A DNA stretch of 64,000 nucleotides from Oscillospiraceae bacterium (GTDB lineage: Bacteria > Bacillota > Clostridia > Oscillospirales > Oscillospiraceae), in assembly GCA_015068165.1 (NCBI GenBank), contig SVKZ01000003.1:936-64935 (forward strand). The letters are read 5' to 3'. A program made the position numbers and the translations under genes. The notes beneath the pieces are model-generated. The model was not told where the DNA came from, did no database searches, and was given only the letters and a program-made list of their open reading frames with translations. Below are positions 7,565 to 16,628 of this stretch, piece after piece (the first letter of the stretch is position 1; every line of letters begins with the position of its first letter).

Positions 7565-8929
7565 TTATAGGAAAATGTACTTTAGTGTAAACAGCAGTGC
7601 CAGGACATACATCAGCGGGGAAACCTTCTTTGCTTTTCCGGTAACGGCATTCAAAACCACATAAGAGATGATGCCTAAGCTGATACCCTCGGAAATGGAG
7701 TAAAACAGAGGCATTGCGATAATGGTAATGTATGCGGGAATGGCTTCGCCTAAGTTGTCGTCGTCAAAGCGGATCTCTGTAACGGAGCTGACCATCAAAA
7801 AGCCTACCATAATCAGGGCAGGGGCTGTTGCAAAAGAGGGGATGGCAGTAAATAACGGGGCAAACAGTGTACTCAGCAGGAAAAGTAAGCCTGCCGTCAG
7901 TGCGGTTAAGCCGGTACGGCCGCCGGAGCTGACGCCGGAGGCGGACTCCACGAAGGTAGTAACGGTGGAAGTACCCATCACAGCGCCGACAGTTGTGCCG
8001 ATGGCATCCGCCATCAGGGCGGGCTTGATTCCTGGGAGTCTTCCTTTTTCGTCCAGCATATTGGCTTTGGTAGCTACACCGATAAGCGTGCCGAGGGTAT
8101 CAAACAGATCCACAAACAGGAAAGCAAAAATCACAACGATAAAATCCAGGGGCTTTACCACAGAAAAATCTACTGTGAAGCACTGACCGAGGGTCTCGCC
8201 CAAGCTGGAGAAATCTGCGGAGAGGAACTGGGTGGGGATCAAGGAGTAAAAGCCCGCGTCAGGGGCAGGAACATACAACCCTGTCAGCTGGCAGATAATG
8301 CCAAGTACCCAGGTGGCGATAATGCCCACCAAAATAGAACCCCGGACATTTTTGATATGCAGAGCGGCAGTAATCAGCGTGCCGATCAGTGCCAGCAGTG
8401 CGCAGATGCCGTGGGTGGAGAAATTCTCAGTAAAGCTGGTGATGGTAACCAGGGTAGAAGCGTCTACCGCAAGACCGGCATTTTGCAGACCGATAAAGGC
8501 GATAAACAGGCCGATACCCACGGAAACACCCCTCTTTAATGTCAGGGGAATGGCGTTAAAAATCGCTTCCCGGACATTGGTCAGGGAGAGAACAATAAAA
8601 ATGATGCCCTCGGCAAATACCGCCAGCAGAGCAACCTGCCAGCTGTAACCAAAGCCCAGAACCACGGTGTAGGCCAGGTAGGCGTTCAATCCCATACCGG
8701 CTGACAGGACAAAGGGGAGATTTGCCATAAATGCCATACAGCAGGTGCCGATAAAAGAGGCGATGGCAGTGGCCAGCAAAACGGCGGAGGGGTTCATACC
8801 GGCATCGGAAAGAATGCTGGGGTTGACAGCCAAAATGTAGGCCATAGTCATAAAGGTAGTAATACCGGCCATCACTTCGGTTTTGACGGTTGTTTTGTTC
8901 TTGGAGAGCTTAAATATCTTTTCCAGCAT
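7565..8929 (-). CDS. NCS2 family nucleobase permease (AzgA/PbuG-like purine permease)
   Basis: TTFMTMAYILAVNP, GMGLNA and TFVESASGV..GGRTGLT motifs; about 12 hydrophobic segments. Confidence 0.92.
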   Translation of the reverse strand: MLEKIFKLSKNKTTVKTEVMAGITTFMTMAYILAVNPSILSDAGMNPSAVLLATAIASFIGTCCMAFMANLPFVLSAGMGLNAYLAYTVVLGFGYSWQVALLAVFAEGIIFIVLSLTNVREAIFNAIPLTLKRGVSVGIGLFIAFIGLQNAGLAVDASTLVTITSFTENFSTHGICALLALIGTLITAALHIKNVRGSILVGIIATWVLGIICQLTGLYVPAPDAGFYSLIPTQFLSADFSSLGETLGQCFTVDFSVVKPLDFIVVIFAFLFVDLFDTLGTLIGVATKANMLDEKGRLPGIKPALMADAIGTTVGAVMGTSTVTTFVESASGVSSGGRTGLTALTAGLLFLLSTLFAPLFTAIPSFATAPALIMVGFLMVSSVTEIRFDDDNLGEAIPAYITIIAMPLFYSISEGISLGIISYVVLNAVTGKAKKVSPLMYVLALLFTLKYIFL

Positions 8930-9092
8930 ATAATATCAACCTTTCTTTTTACATTTTATGTGCGGATACCATATAGGTATAATATCAAAGCTATGAAAAT
9001 AATGCAAGAGGTTTTGAAAAATGCTACCGAAGATTTTGCCTTGCGCCTTTATTTGAAGTCCGCTATAATAGGTAAAAAGGAGCGTGGTTTTG

Positions 9093-9909
9093 ATGCCAAT
9101 GACCCGTTTGTATGCGATGAACGGTAAAATTTGTACCTGTGGCCGGGAACATAGCTTTTCTGCGGAGGTACATTGCGGTGCAGGGGCAACGCAGAAGCTT
9201 CCGGACATTCTCCGGGAGAGAAATATTCAAAAGCCCTATATTTGACGGATTTGAACACCTATGACCCGGGATGGGCTGAAGGTTTCTATCAGTACCAAGG
9301 GTGCAGATGTAATCATTGGCGATACGGATATCCTGAAAAATGCGCCCTTGCGGCTGCTGCAGCCGCCCGGCTTCCGGGAATGAGCATTATATTTCCCACA
9401 TTGTGGATATGCGGGCGGTGGAATTTGGAACGGCAGAGGATTTGCACGGCATCCAGTGCGCCATCGGCACTTTGGAGACCTTGCGTTTGTACGAAAAACT
9501 GCAAAAAATCACCCCGGATCGGGAAAAGGCGCTAAGCTTTGTCAAAAGCTTTTCCTATGACGATTGGGTAGCACAATTACGGGCATTTTTGGGTCGCGGC
9601 GCGGAAAGTATGATTACCTTAGAAGAAAAAGAGGGAAAATACGACCCCATTGCCCACGAGGCACGATTGGAAATCGTGTGTGCCCAGTGGGAGAAAATTA
9701 TGGAGATTATCAAGCAGGAGCTGCCTGCTGCTTCGCAGGTAGAAAAGCTGTTGGATTTGATTGGTGCGCCGAAAACGTTGGATGAAATCGGTGTGGACGG
9801 AAAGCTGCTGCCGCAGATATTTAAGGCAACCAAAGATATCCGGGATAAGTATGTCCTCAGCAGATTTGCGTGGGATTTGGGTGTATTAGAGGAGCTTTTG
9901 GAAAAATAA
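9093..9909 (+). pseudogene. Decayed sn-glycerol-1-phosphate dehydrogenase (AraM/EgsA-like)
   Basis: Recognisable fragments in different frames: CTCGREH; (L)TDLNTY; DGLKVSI..IIGDTDILKNAPLRLLQ; SRPASGNEHYISH..LHGIQCAIG..IRDKY. One frameshift and two apparent internal deletions; TATAAT and RBS intact. Confidence 0.8.
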
Positions 9910-9927
9910 TTGGAAATTTATTCAATT

Positions 9928-9947
9928 TATGTGATATATATCACATA
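9928..9947. promoter_or_regulatory. CRP/FNR-family box upstream of trxA
   Basis: Perfect 20-bp palindrome TATGTGATATATATCACATA containing TGTGA-N6-TCACA; TACAAT -10 at 9967-9972. Confidence 0.65.
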
Positions 9948-10007
9948 CTAACCCGGTGTTTTTGGTTACAATAAGATCAGAAAAGAAAACACAAGGAGGA
10001 AAAACAT

Positions 10008-10316
10008 ATGTCAGCTATTCATATTACGAAGGAAAATTTTCAGGAATTGGTTGTAAATGCGGAAAAGAAGGTTCTGGTGGACTTTTGGGCGCCCTGGTGC
10101 GGTCCTTGCCGGATGGTGCTTCCTGTGGTGGAAGAGATCGCGGAGGAACGGGAAGATATTGTAGTGGGCAAGGTCAATGTAGACGAACAGCCGGAGCTGG
10201 CAAACCAGTTTGGGGTTATGACGATTCCCACATTGATTGTCTTTGAAAACGGGCAGGAAGCTGTTCGCTCCGTGGGGGCAAAAAACAAAAAAGCCATTTT
10301 AAGTATGATTGACTAA
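10008..10316 (+). CDS. trxA: Thioredoxin
   Basis: WCGPC active site; 102 aa; AAGGAGG RBS. Confidence 0.97.
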   Translation: MSAIHITKENFQELVVNAEKKVLVDFWAPWCGPCRMVLPVVEEIAEEREDIVVGKVNVDEQPELANQFGVMTIPTLIVFENGQEAVRSVGAKNKKAILSMID

Positions 10317-10322
10317 CAAAAA

Positions 10323-10364
10323 CACCTCCGGGATGGACGGTTTTCGCCCCGGAGGTGCTTTTTT
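10323..10364 (+). terminator. trxA terminator
   Basis: CACCTCCGGG / CCCGGAGGTG stem plus T-tract. Confidence 0.75.
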
Positions 10365-10374
10365 GAAATAATTC

Positions 10375-10403
10375 TTGACATTTTCTGTAATGCTCTGTAT
10401 AAT
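10375..10403 (+). promoter_or_regulatory. Consensus SigA promoter of rpsF-ssb-rpsR
   Basis: TTGACA-N17-TATAAT. Confidence 0.9.
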
Positions 10404-10426
10404 ACTTAGGCCTGTGTGTGCAGGCA

Positions 10427-10482
10427 TATCCTTGCTCCCGACGGCGTCGGGGGCCAAAAGTCCAAAAGGAGGTGCAAACAAA
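10427..10482 (+). promoter_or_regulatory. S6:S18 autoregulatory mRNA leader (putative)
   Basis: TCCTTG can pair with AAGGAGG of the SD; internal hairpin CCCGAC-GGC-GTCGGG; layout resembles Firmicute rpsF leaders. Confidence 0.6.
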
Positions 10483-10779
10483 ATGGCTAAGATCACCGGT
10501 AAGTATGAGGTGCTCTACATCATCGACCCTGCACAGGGCGAGGAGGGCATCGCTGCACTTGTGGAAAAGTTCAAGGCTATGGTGGAAGCGGAGGGTACCC
10601 TGTCCAATGTGGACGAGTGGGGCAAGCGTCGGCTGGCCTACCCCATCAACGACTTGACCGAGGGCTACTATGTTCTGATGAACTTTGAGTCCAATCCCGC
10701 ATTCCCCGCTGAGTTGGAGCGTGTGATGAAGATCACCGAAGGCGTCCTGCGTTGCCTGACCACTGTCGTGGCAGAGTAA
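10483..10779 (+). CDS. rpsF: 30S ribosomal protein S6
   Basis: YEVLYIIDP..WGKRRLAYPI..GYY motifs. Confidence 0.97.
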   Translation: MAKITGKYEVLYIIDPAQGEEGIAALVEKFKAMVEAEGTLSNVDEWGKRRLAYPINDLTEGYYVLMNFESNPAFPAELERVMKITEGVLRCLTTVVAE

Positions 10780-10793
10780 GGAGGAACCTTAGA

Positions 10794-11240
10794 ATGCTCA
10801 ACCACATCATCGTAATGGGTCGCCTGACCCGAGATCCCGAGCTGCGCCGAACCGGCAGCGGCGTCGCTGTGGCATCCTTCACCATCGCGGTGGACAGAGA
10901 TTTTTCTCCCAAGGATGGCGGCGAACGGGAAACGGATTTCATTGACTGCGTAGCCTGGCGGCAGACTGGAGAGTTTGTCTCCAAGTACTTCCAAAAGGGC
11001 CGTATGGCAGTGGTTTCCGGACGGCTGCAGATCCGCAGCTGGACAGACAAGGACGGCAATAAGCGCCGCACCGCCGAAGTCGTTGCAGACAACGTTTACT
11101 TTGGCGACAGCAAGCGGGACGACCAGGGCGCAAGCGCCTTTGGTGCAGCGCCTGCAGGCTTTGGCACTTACTCTGCACCCGCAACTCCTGCATCCGACTT
11201 TGCGATGCTGGAAGACGACGACGCACAGCTGCCCTTTTGA
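10794..11240 (+). CDS. ssb: Single-stranded DNA-binding protein
   Basis: GRLTRDPELR OB fold; acidic tail ending DDDAQLPF. Confidence 0.97.
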   Translation: MLNHIIVMGRLTRDPELRRTGSGVAVASFTIAVDRDFSPKDGGERETDFIDCVAWRQTGEFVSKYFQKGRMAVVSGRLQIRSWTDKDGNKRRTAEVVADNVYFGDSKRDDQGASAFGAAPAGFGTYSAPATPASDFAMLEDDDAQLPF

Positions 11241-11281
11241 TGATCGACTTTTTCACAATGCTTACAAGGAGGTAAAACCCA

Positions 11282-11518
11282 ATGGCTAACGAACAGCGTG
11301 TTCATCCTCGCAAGCGCCGCAAGGTGTGCGCTTTCTGCGTGGATAAGGCAACCGGTATTGACTACAAGGATACCGCAAAGCTCCGCCGTTACCTGTCCGA
11401 GCGTGGCAAGATTCTGCCCCGCCGTACCACCGGTACCTGCGCAGCGCACCAGCGCGACCTGACCACCGCTATCAAGCGCGCCCGTCAGATTGCTCTGCTG
11501 CCCTATGTTGCTGACTAA
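11282..11518 (+). CDS. rpsR: 30S ribosomal protein S18
   Basis: CAFC zinc motif; [13 protein letters not shown]; [13 protein letters not shown]. Confidence 0.97.
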   Translation: MANEQRVHPRKRRKVCAFCVDKATGIDYKDTAKLRRYLSERGKILPRRTTGTCAAHQRDLTTAIKRARQIALLPYVAD

Positions 11519-11527
11519 TTAACAAAT

Positions 11528-11564
11528 AAAAACCGCCTTCGGAATTATCCGAAGGCGGTTTTTT
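11528..11564 (+). terminator. Terminator after rpsR
   Basis: AAAAACCGCCTTCGGA / TCCGAAGGCGGTTTTT. Confidence 0.85.
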
Positions 11565-11617
11565 CAGCGGAAATTAAGCTTTTCGTGAAAGAATACACAA
11601 AACGAAAGGAGGGTTTT

Positions 11618-12331
11618 ATGGAAAAAACTATTTTTTCATTCCGGCGCGTGGAAAAGAAATATCCCATCACCCTTTCCCAACAGGCGGCCCTGCTTTCCAT
11701 AATTGGTAAGTATTTGATTCCGGACAGCCACGGAAAAAGTACAATCTGCAGCCTATATCTGGATACGCCCTCCTGGCGGCTGATTCGGGAGAGTATAGAT
11801 GCGGTTTCCTATAAAGAAAAGCTCCGTATCCGCAGCTACGGTACCCCCGATTCGCAGACACCTGTATTTTTGGAAATTAAGAAGAAATATAAGGGCGTCG
11901 TGAGCAAACGAAGAATCAAGCTGCCCTTATGTCAGGTAATGGACTATGTTCAGGGCGGGGAAAAGCCCTGTACCGGGCAGATCGCCCAGGAAATTGACTA
12001 TGCTTTGCGGTTTTATAACTATCCGCAGCCGGCAATGCTCATCGCCTGCGAGCGGGAGGCATACTTTGGACGGCACGACCCCGATTTGCGAATTACATTT
12101 GATCGGGATGTCCGCTGCCGGCATACAGAGCTTCATATGGAAGCCGGCAGCCAGGGTAAAAGCTTACTACCGCCGGACAAGGTGCTGATGGAAATAAAAA
12201 CTGCCGGTGCAATGCCTCTTTGGCTGGCAGAAGCGCTGGATGAACTATCTATCTACCCGGGGCGGTTTTCCAAATACGCAGCTGCTTATCAAGAAATCAT
12301 TCGTAAACAAGGAGTGTACCACAATGCCTGA
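11618..12331 (+). CDS. VTC / polyphosphate polymerase domain (CYTH-like) protein
   Basis: RRVEKKY (ExK-like), SLYLDT, KLRIRSY, FLEIKKK, LRITFD, LMEIK, SKY motifs. Confidence 0.88.
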   Translation: MEKTIFSFRRVEKKYPITLSQQAALLSIIGKYLIPDSHGKSTICSLYLDTPSWRLIRESIDAVSYKEKLRIRSYGTPDSQTPVFLEIKKKYKGVVSKRRIKLPLCQVMDYVQGGEKPCTGQIAQEIDYALRFYNYPQPAMLIACEREAYFGRHDPDLRITFDRDVRCRHTELHMEAGSQGKSLLPPDKVLMEIKTAGAMPLWLAEALDELSIYPGRFSKYAAAYQEIIRKQGVYHNA

Positions 12332-12971
12332 ATTTTTAGCCAGCCTTACCTCTGCAAACTTCTTTCTTTGCCTGCTGACCGCATTTTTATGCGGTTGTGT
12401 GATTGCAATTGCGGCTTCTGTAAAGCAGAGCCCCACAGTGAGCTTTCTGTCTTCTTTGGTGCTGCTGCCGATGATCGTCTGCACCGTGATTTTGATGGTA
12501 AACGGCAATATTGGCACCGGAGTAGCGGTTATGGGTGCGTTTTCTTTGGTGCGTTTCCGGTCTGTGCCGGGAAAAGCCCGGGATATTGCGGTAATTTTTA
12601 TGGCAATGACGGCAGGCCTTGCCTGCGCTGCCGGGCAGTTGGGTGTTGCGGCGGTATTTACCCTTGCGGTCTGCGCTGTACTGGTGCTTTTGGCGCTTGT
12701 GCCTGTGAAGCGGGAGCTGGAAATGCGGATCACTGTGCCGGAGAGCTTACAGATAACAGATGCTTTCCGGGATATCTTTGAAGAATACACGAAAAACTGC
12801 CGCCTTGTGCATACAAAGACCACCAATATGGGAAGCCTCTATAAGCTGGAGTATCGGCTGGAAATGAAAAATAACGGCAAGCTCCAGGAATTTATCGACA
12901 AGCTGCGCGTTCGTAACGGCAATTTGGAAATTGCCATTGGAGAAGCAGCGGAGGGGAGCGATGTGCTTTGA
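12324..12971 (+). CDS. DUF4956 family membrane protein
   Basis: GTGVAVMGAFSLVRFRS motif; hydrophobic N-terminal part, ACT-like C-terminal part; overlaps VTC gene end. Confidence 0.88.
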   Translation: MPEFLASLTSANFFLCLLTAFLCGCVIAIAASVKQSPTVSFLSSLVLLPMIVCTVILMVNGNIGTGVAVMGAFSLVRFRSVPGKARDIAVIFMAMTAGLACAAGQLGVAAVFTLAVCAVLVLLALVPVKRELEMRITVPESLQITDAFRDIFEEYTKNCRLVHTKTTNMGSLYKLEYRLEMKNNGKLQEFIDKLRVRNGNLEIAIGEAAEGSDVL

Positions 12972-14689
12972 AAAAATGGCTTATACTGCTGCTTGTATTG
13001 GTGGTGCTGATTTCGGCAGTTGCTGTTTGTTTTAGCTCCTGCAACAAGGAGGGAGTAATTCAGAACAACGGGAAAACAGACAATGCTGACCAAGCAGATA
13101 CTTCGCAAATGGATTTTGGCTTTACTGACCGGGAGCTTTCCGGGTCGGCAGAGGGGGGAGAGATTTTAGCACCCGGTACGACAATTACAAAAGCGGGCAC
13201 TTACCGCATCAGCGGCAGCTTTCCGGAGTGCTTGGTGGTGGATGCAGGAGAAAACAAGGTGCAGATTATTTTGGAAAATGCTAATTTGTCCTGCGCCGAT
13301 GGCCCTGCGATCTATATAAAGGCTGCGGATAAAGTGTTTTTGACTTTGGTGGGAGAAAATACGGTTACCGATGGTGCCACCTATGCAGATACCTACACGG
13401 CAGACGGCGCTGACGGCGCGATTTTCAGCCGGGCGGATCTCGCCATTAACGGCACCGGCAGCTTAACAGTAAAGGGCATCTCCAAGCACGGCATTGTCAG
13501 CAAGGATGATTTGGTGATTGCAGGAGGAACGATAACCGTCGGCGCGGCAAATGTGGGCATTTCCGGTAAGGATTGTGTAAAAATTACCGCCTGTACCCTA
13601 AATATTACCGCAGGAACGGACGGTATTCGCTCCGACAACACAGAAGATACTGCCCGCGGCTATGTATACCTGAAGGACGGAACAATTAACATTCAATCCG
13701 GCACAGATGGCGTACAGGCATCTACGGTCATAAAATCCGAAAGCCCGGTTATGAATATTGAGGCTACAGGAAAGGGTTTCAAGGCAGAATCGGACATTTT
13801 GATCAGCGGAGGCAGTTATACCGCAAATTCTCAGGACGACTGTGTCCATTCCAATCATACGGTTATCATTAGCGACGGCGTACTAATGCTAAATAGCGGC
13901 GATGATGGCGTTCACGCAGACACAGATTTGGACATTTCCGGCGGCGAAATTGTTGTTACCAAGAGCTATGAGGGGCTGGAAGCCAGTAAAATCCTGATTT
14001 CCGGCGGAAAAATGGATGTTACCGCATCAGACGACGGCTTAAATGCCGCAGGCGGTAACGACGGATCTTCCTTAGGTGGCAGACCGGGCATGGGTATGTT
14101 TTCTTCTTCCACAGGAGAAATTCAAATCGGCGGCGGTTATGTTTTAATCAATGCTGCAGGCGACGGTATCGACTCCAATGGACCGATTCATATGTCCGGT
14201 GGCGTGGTTCTTGTCAGCGGCCCTACCAACGGAGGCAACGGCGCTTTTGACTGCGATGGCACAGCAACAGTTACCGGCGGTTATCTCATTGCGGTGGGCA
14301 GTGTGGATATGGCGCAAGGCTTTTCCTCTGCGGAAAACCAGGGAACAGCCCTTTGTTCCTTTAATTCTCTCCAGGGTGGCACTTCGTTTGCGGTTTGTGA
14401 TTCCCAGGGGAATGTGGTGATTTCTTTTACACCGGAAAAGACCTATGGCTCTGCCGCAATTACTGCGCCCGGCATCCAACTAAACGAGACCTATACGGTG
14501 GTCGTGGGAGGAACAGTGGAGGGCGCAGATGAAAACGGCTTTGCGTCCGACCGTACAGTTACCGGCGGTACGACTTTAGGCTCATTTACAATGAGTTCTT
14601 TAGTTATGGGAAGCGGCGGTGGCGCCCCTGGCGGCGGAGGTGGCTACCCCGGTGGCGGTGGTCCTGGTGGCGGCAGACCACCCAGATAA
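12968..14689 (+). CDS. Carbohydrate-binding domain lipoprotein (DUF4353 / Cthe_2159-like beta-helix)
   Basis: TTG start overlapping the upstream stop; lipobox-like FSSC; repeated DDGVHAD/DDGLNA/GDGIDSNG beta-helix motifs; Gly/Pro-rich tail. Confidence 0.85.
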   Translation: MKKWLILLLVLVVLISAVAVCFSSCNKEGVIQNNGKTDNADQADTSQMDFGFTDRELSGSAEGGEILAPGTTITKAGTYRISGSFPECLVVDAGENKVQIILENANLSCADGPAIYIKAADKVFLTLVGENTVTDGATYADTYTADGADGAIFSRADLAINGTGSLTVKGISKHGIVSKDDLVIAGGTITVGAANVGISGKDCVKITACTLNITAGTDGIRSDNTEDTARGYVYLKDGTINIQSGTDGVQASTVIKSESPVMNIEATGKGFKAESDILISGGSYTANSQDDCVHSNHTVIISDGVLMLNSGDDGVHADTDLDISGGEIVVTKSYEGLEASKILISGGKMDVTASDDGLNAAGGNDGSSLGGRPGMGMFSSSTGEIQIGGGYVLINAAGDGIDSNGPIHMSGGVVLVSGPTNGGNGAFDCDGTATVTGGYLIAVGSVDMAQGFSSAENQGTALCSFNSLQGGTSFAVCDSQGNVVISFTPEKTYGSAAITAPGIQLNETYTVVVGGTVEGADENGFASDRTVTGGTTLGSFTMSSLVMGSGGGAPGGGGGYPGGGGPGGGRPPR

Positions 14690-14727
14690 AAACAGAAGGC
14701 AGCATCCCGCAGGATGCTGCCTTTTTT
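14688..14727. terminator. Bidirectional terminator between convergent operons
   Basis: AAGGCAGCATCC-CGCA-GGATGCTGCCTT. Confidence 0.8.
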
Positions 14728-14729
14728 GC

Positions 14730-16628
14730 TTATTCCAACTCAAATGCGCCGGTGTAAAGCTGATAGTAAGTGCCCTTTTGGGCAATCAGTTCTTCGTGAG
14801 AACCGCGCTCGATAATGTGTCCGTGATCCAAAACCATAATACAGTCGGAGTTTTGAACGGTGCTGAGCCGGTGGGCAATGACAAAGGTAGTACGGCCGCG
14901 CATCAACGCATCCATACCCTTTTGCACCAGAGCTTCGGTGCGGGTATCAATGGAAGAAGTAGCTTCATCCAAAATCATAACCGGGGGATCAGCTACCGCT
15001 GCCCGGGCAATGGCGATGAGTTGCCGCTGACCCTGGGAAAGGCTTGCGCCGTTGCCGGTAAGCTGGGTATCGTAGCCTTCGGGAAGGCGGGTGATAAAAT
15101 CGTGGGCATTTGCCAGCTTTGCCGCCTGGATGCACTCTTCGTCGGTGGCATCCAGCTTGCCGTAACGGATGTTTTCCATTACCGTGCCAGTAAACAGGTT
15201 GGTTTCCTGCAATACCACGCCCAAGCTGCGCCGAAGATCGGCTTTTTTGATTTTGTTGATGTTAATACCGTCGTAGCGAACCTTGCCGTCGGCAATATCG
15301 TAGAAGCGGTTAATCAGGTTTGTGATGGTGGTCTTGCCTGCGCCGGTAGCGCCCACAAAGGCAATCTTCTGACCGGGGTGGGCATAGAGGGTTACATCGT
15401 AAAGCACCTGCTTTTCCGGTACATAGGAAAAGTCTACCATATCCATCACGATATCGCCCTTCAGCTCGGTGTAGGTGATGGTGCCGTCTGCCTGATGGGG
15501 ATGCTTCCAAGCCCAGCGGCCGGTGCGCTCAGCGGATTCCTCGATGGTGCCGTCCTCGCAAACCTTGGCGTTAACTAAGGTAACATAGCCGTTATCCGCT
15601 TCCGGCTCCTGATCCATCAGCTCAAAAATCCGTTCTGCGCCGGCAAGAGCCATAATGATGGCGTTAAACTGCTGGGAGATGTTGTTGATGGGCTGGTTAA
15701 AGTTTCTTGACAGGGTCATAAAGGCCATCAGCGAGCCGAGGCTGAGCAGACTGCCGCCGGAAGCGACTACAATAAACCCGCCCACGATTGCCAAAATGGA
15801 GTACTGCACATAGCCTAAGTTGTTATTAATGGGGCCCATCATATTGGTGAACTTACCGGCGGAAAAGGCATTTTCGCAAAGAATCCCGTTAAGCTCGTCA
15901 AATTCTTCTTTACACTTTTCTTCGTGGTTAAAAACCTTGACGATTTTTTGACCGGTAATCATTTCCTCAATATAGCCGTTCAGCTTACCCAAGGATTGCT
16001 GCTGACCGATAAAGAACTTTCCGGCTTTTCCTGCCAATATTTTGGTTACAAAGACAACACCTACAATAGTGATCATAGAGACAAGGGTAAGCAGCCAAGA
16101 GGTGGAAAGCATTGTGACAAACAGCACAATCAGGGTGATTACGGAAGATACCGCTTGCGGAATAGACTGGGAGATCATCTGCCGCAGGGTGTCCACATCG
16201 CTGGTGTACCGGCTCATAATGTTGCCGGCGGTGTTGGTATCAAAATACCGGATGGGAAGGGTTTGCATTTTGGCAAACATTTCGTTACGGATGGTTTTTT
16301 GGATGCCTTGGGTTACGCCGACCATCAGATAGCTCTGCAGAAAACTACCGATGAGTCCCGCTAAAAAGACAAGCATCAGTTTTACAAGAAAATTCCACAA
16401 GGGGGCAAAATCTGTAGACCCGGTGCTTACCATAGGCAGGATAAAATTGTCAACAAGCTTACCTAAGGCAGTGGAGCTGCGGGATTGAGTCAGCGCCACC
16501 GCTACAATACAAAGGCCAACCAAAAGCAGGGTGAACCAGTAGTATTTCAGGTAGCCTACAAGACGGAGAAATGTCTTTTTGGGGTCTTTTGCCTTGCGGC
16601 CGTCGCCGCGCATACGGGGTGGGGGCAT
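14730..16628 (-). CDS. ABC exporter TMD-NBD subunit (consensus-site subunit of a heterodimer)
   Basis: GATGAGKT Walker A; LSQGQ signature; ILDEATS Walker B; AHRLST. Confidence 0.95.
   Translation of the reverse strand: MPPPRMRGDGRKAKDPKKTFLRLVGYLKYYWFTLLLVGLCIVAVALTQSRSSTALGKLVDNFILPMVSTGSTDFAPLWNFLVKLMLVFLAGLIGSFLQSYLMVGVTQGIQKTIRNEMFAKMQTLPIRYFDTNTAGNIMSRYTSDVDTLRQMISQSIPQAVSSVITLIVLFVTMLSTSWLLTLVSMITIVGVVFVTKILAGKAGKFFIGQQQSLGKLNGYIEEMITGQKIVKVFNHEEKCKEEFDELNGILCENAFSAGKFTNMMGPINNNLGYVQYSILAIVGGFIVVASGGSLLSLGSLMAFMTLSRNFNQPINNISQQFNAIIMALAGAERIFELMDQEPEADNGYVTLVNAKVCEDGTIEESAERTGRWAWKHPHQADGTITYTELKGDIVMDMVDFSYVPEKQVLYDVTLYAHPGQKIAFVGATGAGKTTITNLINRFYDIADGKVRYDGININKIKKADLRRSLGVVLQETNLFTGTVMENIRYGKLDATDEECIQAAKLANAHDFITRLPEGYDTQLTGNGASLSQGQRQLIAIARAAVADPPVMILDEATSSIDTRTEALVQKGMDALMRGRTTFVIAHRLSTVQNSDCIMVLDHGHIIERGSHEELIAQKGTYYQLYTGAFELE

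Noticed and set aside
8930-9060. Purine riboswitch upstream of the NCS2 permease
   Set aside because: The expected consensus (TATAAT..ATATGG..GTTTCTACC..CCGTAAA) is absent.
9340-9909. 189-aa ORF as an intact gene
   Set aside because: It is only the C-terminal part of the disrupted G1P dehydrogenase.
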